Below are positions 58,908-64,000 of a stretch of DNA of 64,000 nucleotides, one piece after another. The stretch lies in contig CACIAP010000003.1 of the NCBI GenBank assembly GCA_902584685.1, positions 18,311 to 82,310 on the forward strand, written 5' to 3'. The stretch's first letter is position 1. Each line of letters opens with the position of its first letter. Under the pieces are notes generated by a model. That model saw only the letters and a program-made list of their open reading frames with translations. It did not search any database and was not told where the DNA came from. The DNA comes from an uncultured Pelagibacteraceae bacterium. GTDB taxonomy: Bacteria > Pseudomonadota > Alphaproteobacteria > Pelagibacterales > Pelagibacteraceae. The position numbers and the translations under genes are program-made.

Positions 58908-59750
58908 TTAATATTTTGCAAAAGTACCATTTTGATAATCATTTATCGCCTCAATAATTTCAGCTTTCGTGTTCATTACAAACGGACCCCCTCTAGCTAT
59001 TGGTTCGCCGATTGGTTTACCTGCAATAAACAAAAATTCGCTCTCTTTTTCGGCATTGATTTGAAGGTTCTTGCCTTGTTTCAACAGTATCAAATTTGAA
59101 TCTGTTGTTTTTTCATGATTAGCTTTACCAACTTTAATTTGTCCCTTCAGCAAATAAATAAATGAATTATGTCCCTCTGGAACATCACAAGAAAATTCTT
59201 TTTCATTCTTTAAAACTATATGAAAATAAATTGGTTCAACGTTGTGATTTCTTTCTGGACCCTCAACATCTTTGAATTTTCCAGCAATCACTTTGACTAC
59301 TTTTTCATCGTCACTGTAAGTTCCAAGCTCCTTATTTTTAATATAAATATATTCAGGTTTATTTTTTTTTAGTTTTGCTGGCATGTTAATCCACAATTGA
59401 AATCCAAGTAATTGACCATCAGCCATTGCAGGCATTTCAGAATGTATTATTCCTCTTCCAGTTTTCATCCACTGCACATCTCCTGATGACATTATTCCTT
59501 TAGCACCAGTGCTATCCTCATGCTCAAATTTTCCTTTAAGCATATAAGTGACTGTTTCAATACCTCTGTGAGGATGAGGCGGAAAACCTGCAACATAATC
59601 ATCTTTATTTTCTGAACCAAATTCATCTAGCATTAAAAAAGGATCAATATAATCTGCCTCTGGTGTTCCTATACTTCTCTTAAGTTTTACGCCTGCACCG
59701 TCAGATGTTTCAATGGATTTCACAATTTTTTTGATTTCAATATTTGACAT
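58908..59750 (-). CDS. Pirin family protein
   Basis: DPFLMLDEF, HPHRGIETVTY, GIIHSE, QLWIN, GPFVMNT. Confidence 0.95.
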   Translation of the reverse strand: MSNIEIKKIVKSIETSDGAGVKLKRSIGTPEADYIDPFLMLDEFGSENKDDYVAGFPPHPHRGIETVTYMLKGKFEHEDSTGAKGIMSSGDVQWMKTGRGIIHSEMPAMADGQLLGFQLWINMPAKLKKNKPEYIYIKNKELGTYSDDEKVVKVIAGKFKDVEGPERNHNVEPIYFHIVLKNEKEFSCDVPEGHNSFIYLLKGQIKVGKANHEKTTDSNLILLKQGKNLQINAEKESEFLFIAGKPIGEPIARGGPFVMNTKAEIIEAINDYQNGTFAKY

Positions 59751-59770
59751 TGTTTTAGTTTAATTATGTT

Positions 59771-60427
59771 TCAAACTATTTCAAGTAGTCCTTTTAAATT
59801 TTTAATTTCTTTTTTTGGTTTATAATCAAGGTTATCAAAATGTGAGTTGTTACGGTTGACCCAGACAGCATTGTAACCAAAATTTCCACCACCTGATACA
59901 TCCCAAGTGTTAGCACTCAAAAAAACAACTTCTTTGGGTTGAATTTTGTATTTCTTAACTGGAAGATCGTAGACCTTTGAGTCAGGCTTATAAATTTTCA
60001 CCTCTTCAATTGAAAAAAGATCATCAAAGGCATCTAAATTGTTGGAACTTACTAATTCATTTATTAAATCTGGAGTACCGTTTGAAAGTATCGCGAGCTT
60101 AAGATTTTTCTTTTTTAAATCTGTCAAAACCTCTTTTACCTCTGGGTAAGGGGATAAAACTTTATAAAGGTTAAGTAATTCATTTTTCATGCTTGTATCT
60201 ATGTTAAAAACTTTCATAGATTTATCCAAACTATCTTCAGTTATCTGCCAAAAGTTTTTATGTCTTTTCATTAAACTTCTCAGCCAGGTATATTCAAGTT
60301 GTGTAGTTCGCCAAAAATTTGCAAAGGCTTCCCATCTATCTCCTATTTTATGTTTACATTTCTCTGCCGCCGAATTTACGTCAAATAATGTTCCATAAGC
60401 ATCAAATACTACTGCTTTAAAATCCAT
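59771..60427 (-). CDS. L-2-haloacid dehalogenase (type II HAD)
   Basis: FDAYGTLFDV, WR..QLEYTW, LSNG, YKP, SANTWDV.G. Confidence 0.9.
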   Translation of the reverse strand: MDFKAVVFDAYGTLFDVNSAAEKCKHKIGDRWEAFANFWRTTQLEYTWLRSLMKRHKNFWQITEDSLDKSMKVFNIDTSMKNELLNLYKVLSPYPEVKEVLTDLKKKNLKLAILSNGTPDLINELVSSNNLDAFDDLFSIEEVKIYKPDSKVYDLPVKKYKIQPKEVVFLSANTWDVSGGGNFGYNAVWVNRNNSHFDNLDYKPKKEIKNLKGLLEIV

Positions 60428-60462
60428 ACTTTAATTTAAGTTTTTATATTATACTATATTTT

Positions 60463-61173
60463 ATGAATATTAGATTATATCAACCAAACAGTATAGTCGA
60501 AAATACAACTAAGTCGCTTTCAAAGGAACATAGTCACTATGTAGCAAACGTAATGAGACTTAAATTAGGTTCCCGTATAAATTTTTTTAATAAAAATGGA
60601 GAATGGGAAAGTGAAGTAACTTTTATTCAAAAAGATAAGGTTGAAGTAAAATTTATAAAAAAAATAAAACAAGCGGATAATGCATCCAAATTGGAGCTTG
60701 CGATTTGTTTAGTCAAAAAAACTCCAATGGAAACTATCTTGCAAAAGTCTACTGAATTAGGTGTAAAAAAAATAATTCCTATTGTTTCTGAAAGAACAGA
60801 AGTCAAAGATTTAAATTATGAAAGAGCAAGAAAAATTGTTATTGAAGCTACAGAACAATCCAATCAATTAAACCCCCCAGAAATTTCAGAAGTAAAAAAA
60901 CTCAAAGACTTTCTAAAAAACTTAGAAAGTTCCAATAAACTATTATTTGCCGATGTTAATTCTCAAAATATTTTGAAAAATGATAATGTTAAAAAAGGGG
61001 AAGCTCTTAGTGTTTTGATAGGACCCGAAGGTGATTTTTCACCAGCTGAACGCGAGTTGATTTTAAAAGTTCCTGATGTGAAATCTTTTACTATATCAAA
61101 GAATATTTTGAGGTCAGATACTGCTGTTATAACCGCTATTTCATTAGTGAATTTCGTCTATTTCAATTCGTAA
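60463..61173 (+). CDS. rsmE: 16S rRNA m3U1498 methyltransferase RsmE
   Basis: HY..VMR, QKSTELGV, EATEQS, IGPEGDFS, ILRSDTA. Confidence 0.93.
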   Translation: MNIRLYQPNSIVENTTKSLSKEHSHYVANVMRLKLGSRINFFNKNGEWESEVTFIQKDKVEVKFIKKIKQADNASKLELAICLVKKTPMETILQKSTELGVKKIIPIVSERTEVKDLNYERARKIVIEATEQSNQLNPPEISEVKKLKDFLKNLESSNKLLFADVNSQNILKNDNVKKGEALSVLIGPEGDFSPAERELILKVPDVKSFTISKNILRSDTAVITAISLVNFVYFNS

Positions 61174-61231
61174 TTGTCGCATTAATTGAATTTGTTAATT
61201 GAATTAAAAACTGTATAAAAACGTAATAAAA

Positions 61232-63683
<2,452 letters not shown>

Positions 63684-63696
63684 CTATTGGTATTAG

Positions 63697-64000
63697 ATGA
63701 CAACTATTAACTTTAGAGCAAAAAATCCTTCATTACTTGATACATCAATTTTTATTGAATTGTTGAGGTTAATGAAACCTAGAGTAATGTCATTAGTAAT
63801 ATTCACTTGTGCAGTTGGTTTATTAACTGCTCCTGGCGAAGTAAGTTTTATTAAATCAATTATAAATATTTTTTTTGTAACTCTCGGCGCAGGAGCTGCG
63901 GGCGCACTTAATATGTGGTACGAGGCAGATTTAGATAAGCTTATGACAAGAACATGTTTAAGACCACTTCCAACTGGAAAAATTAAAAAAAACCATGCGT
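63697..64000 (+). CDS. ctaB: Protoheme IX farnesyltransferase (heme O synthase), runs off the window edge
   Basis: Not in the ORF track. Manual translation: MTTINF...[13 protein letters not shown]...[31 protein letters not shown]. Confidence 0.93.
   Translation, partial: MTTINFRAKNPSLLDTSIFIELLRLMKPRVMSLVIFTCAVGLLTAPGEVSFIKSIINIFFVTLGAGAAGALNMWYEADLDKLMTRTCLRPLPTGKIKKNHA

Overview
This is a very AT-rich, gene-dense window with short intergenic gaps and many overlapping gene ends. It reads as core chromosome of a streamlined marine alphaproteobacterium; the gene content, composition and gene order fit SAR11/Pelagibacterales, which is my inference. In order it holds: a four-gene polyamine operon (alanine-racemase-fold decarboxylase, deoxyhypusine-synthase-like protein, N-carbamoylputrescine amidase, agmatine deiminase); regA, bioY, polA; chvI-chvG-ahcY-tsaE-amgK-murU; gpmA; an RND pump; sseA, msrA, alkA; a purine-salvage pair whose NCS2 permease is frameshifted; ibpA, ptrB, cfa; a RamB-type regulator divergent from aceA; an AT-rich block of membrane and glycosyltransferase genes; groESL; ribF-ileS-lspA; pgi, purD; lipid A genes; ubiA, qor, pirin, HAD, rsmE; and coxB-coxA-ctaB. 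I saw no rRNA, tRNA, CRISPR array, integrase or transposase. The most interesting observations are: (1) a candidate homospermidine pathway variant with an attenuator-like leader; (2) an unannotated transcription unit downstream of groEL encoding a leaderless 19-aa peptide ending Pro-Pro-stop and/or an sRNA; (3) a leaderless 53-aa ORF heading the aceA operon, under an array of TTTGTAAA boxes; (4) an RND adaptor lacking its alpha-hairpin; (5) a sigma32-type promoter on regA matching those of ibpA and groES; (6) a ROSE-like thermometer on ibpA; (7) a one-base homopolymer frameshift in the NCS2 permease. All calls come from reading motifs by eye; no searches or folding programs were run.
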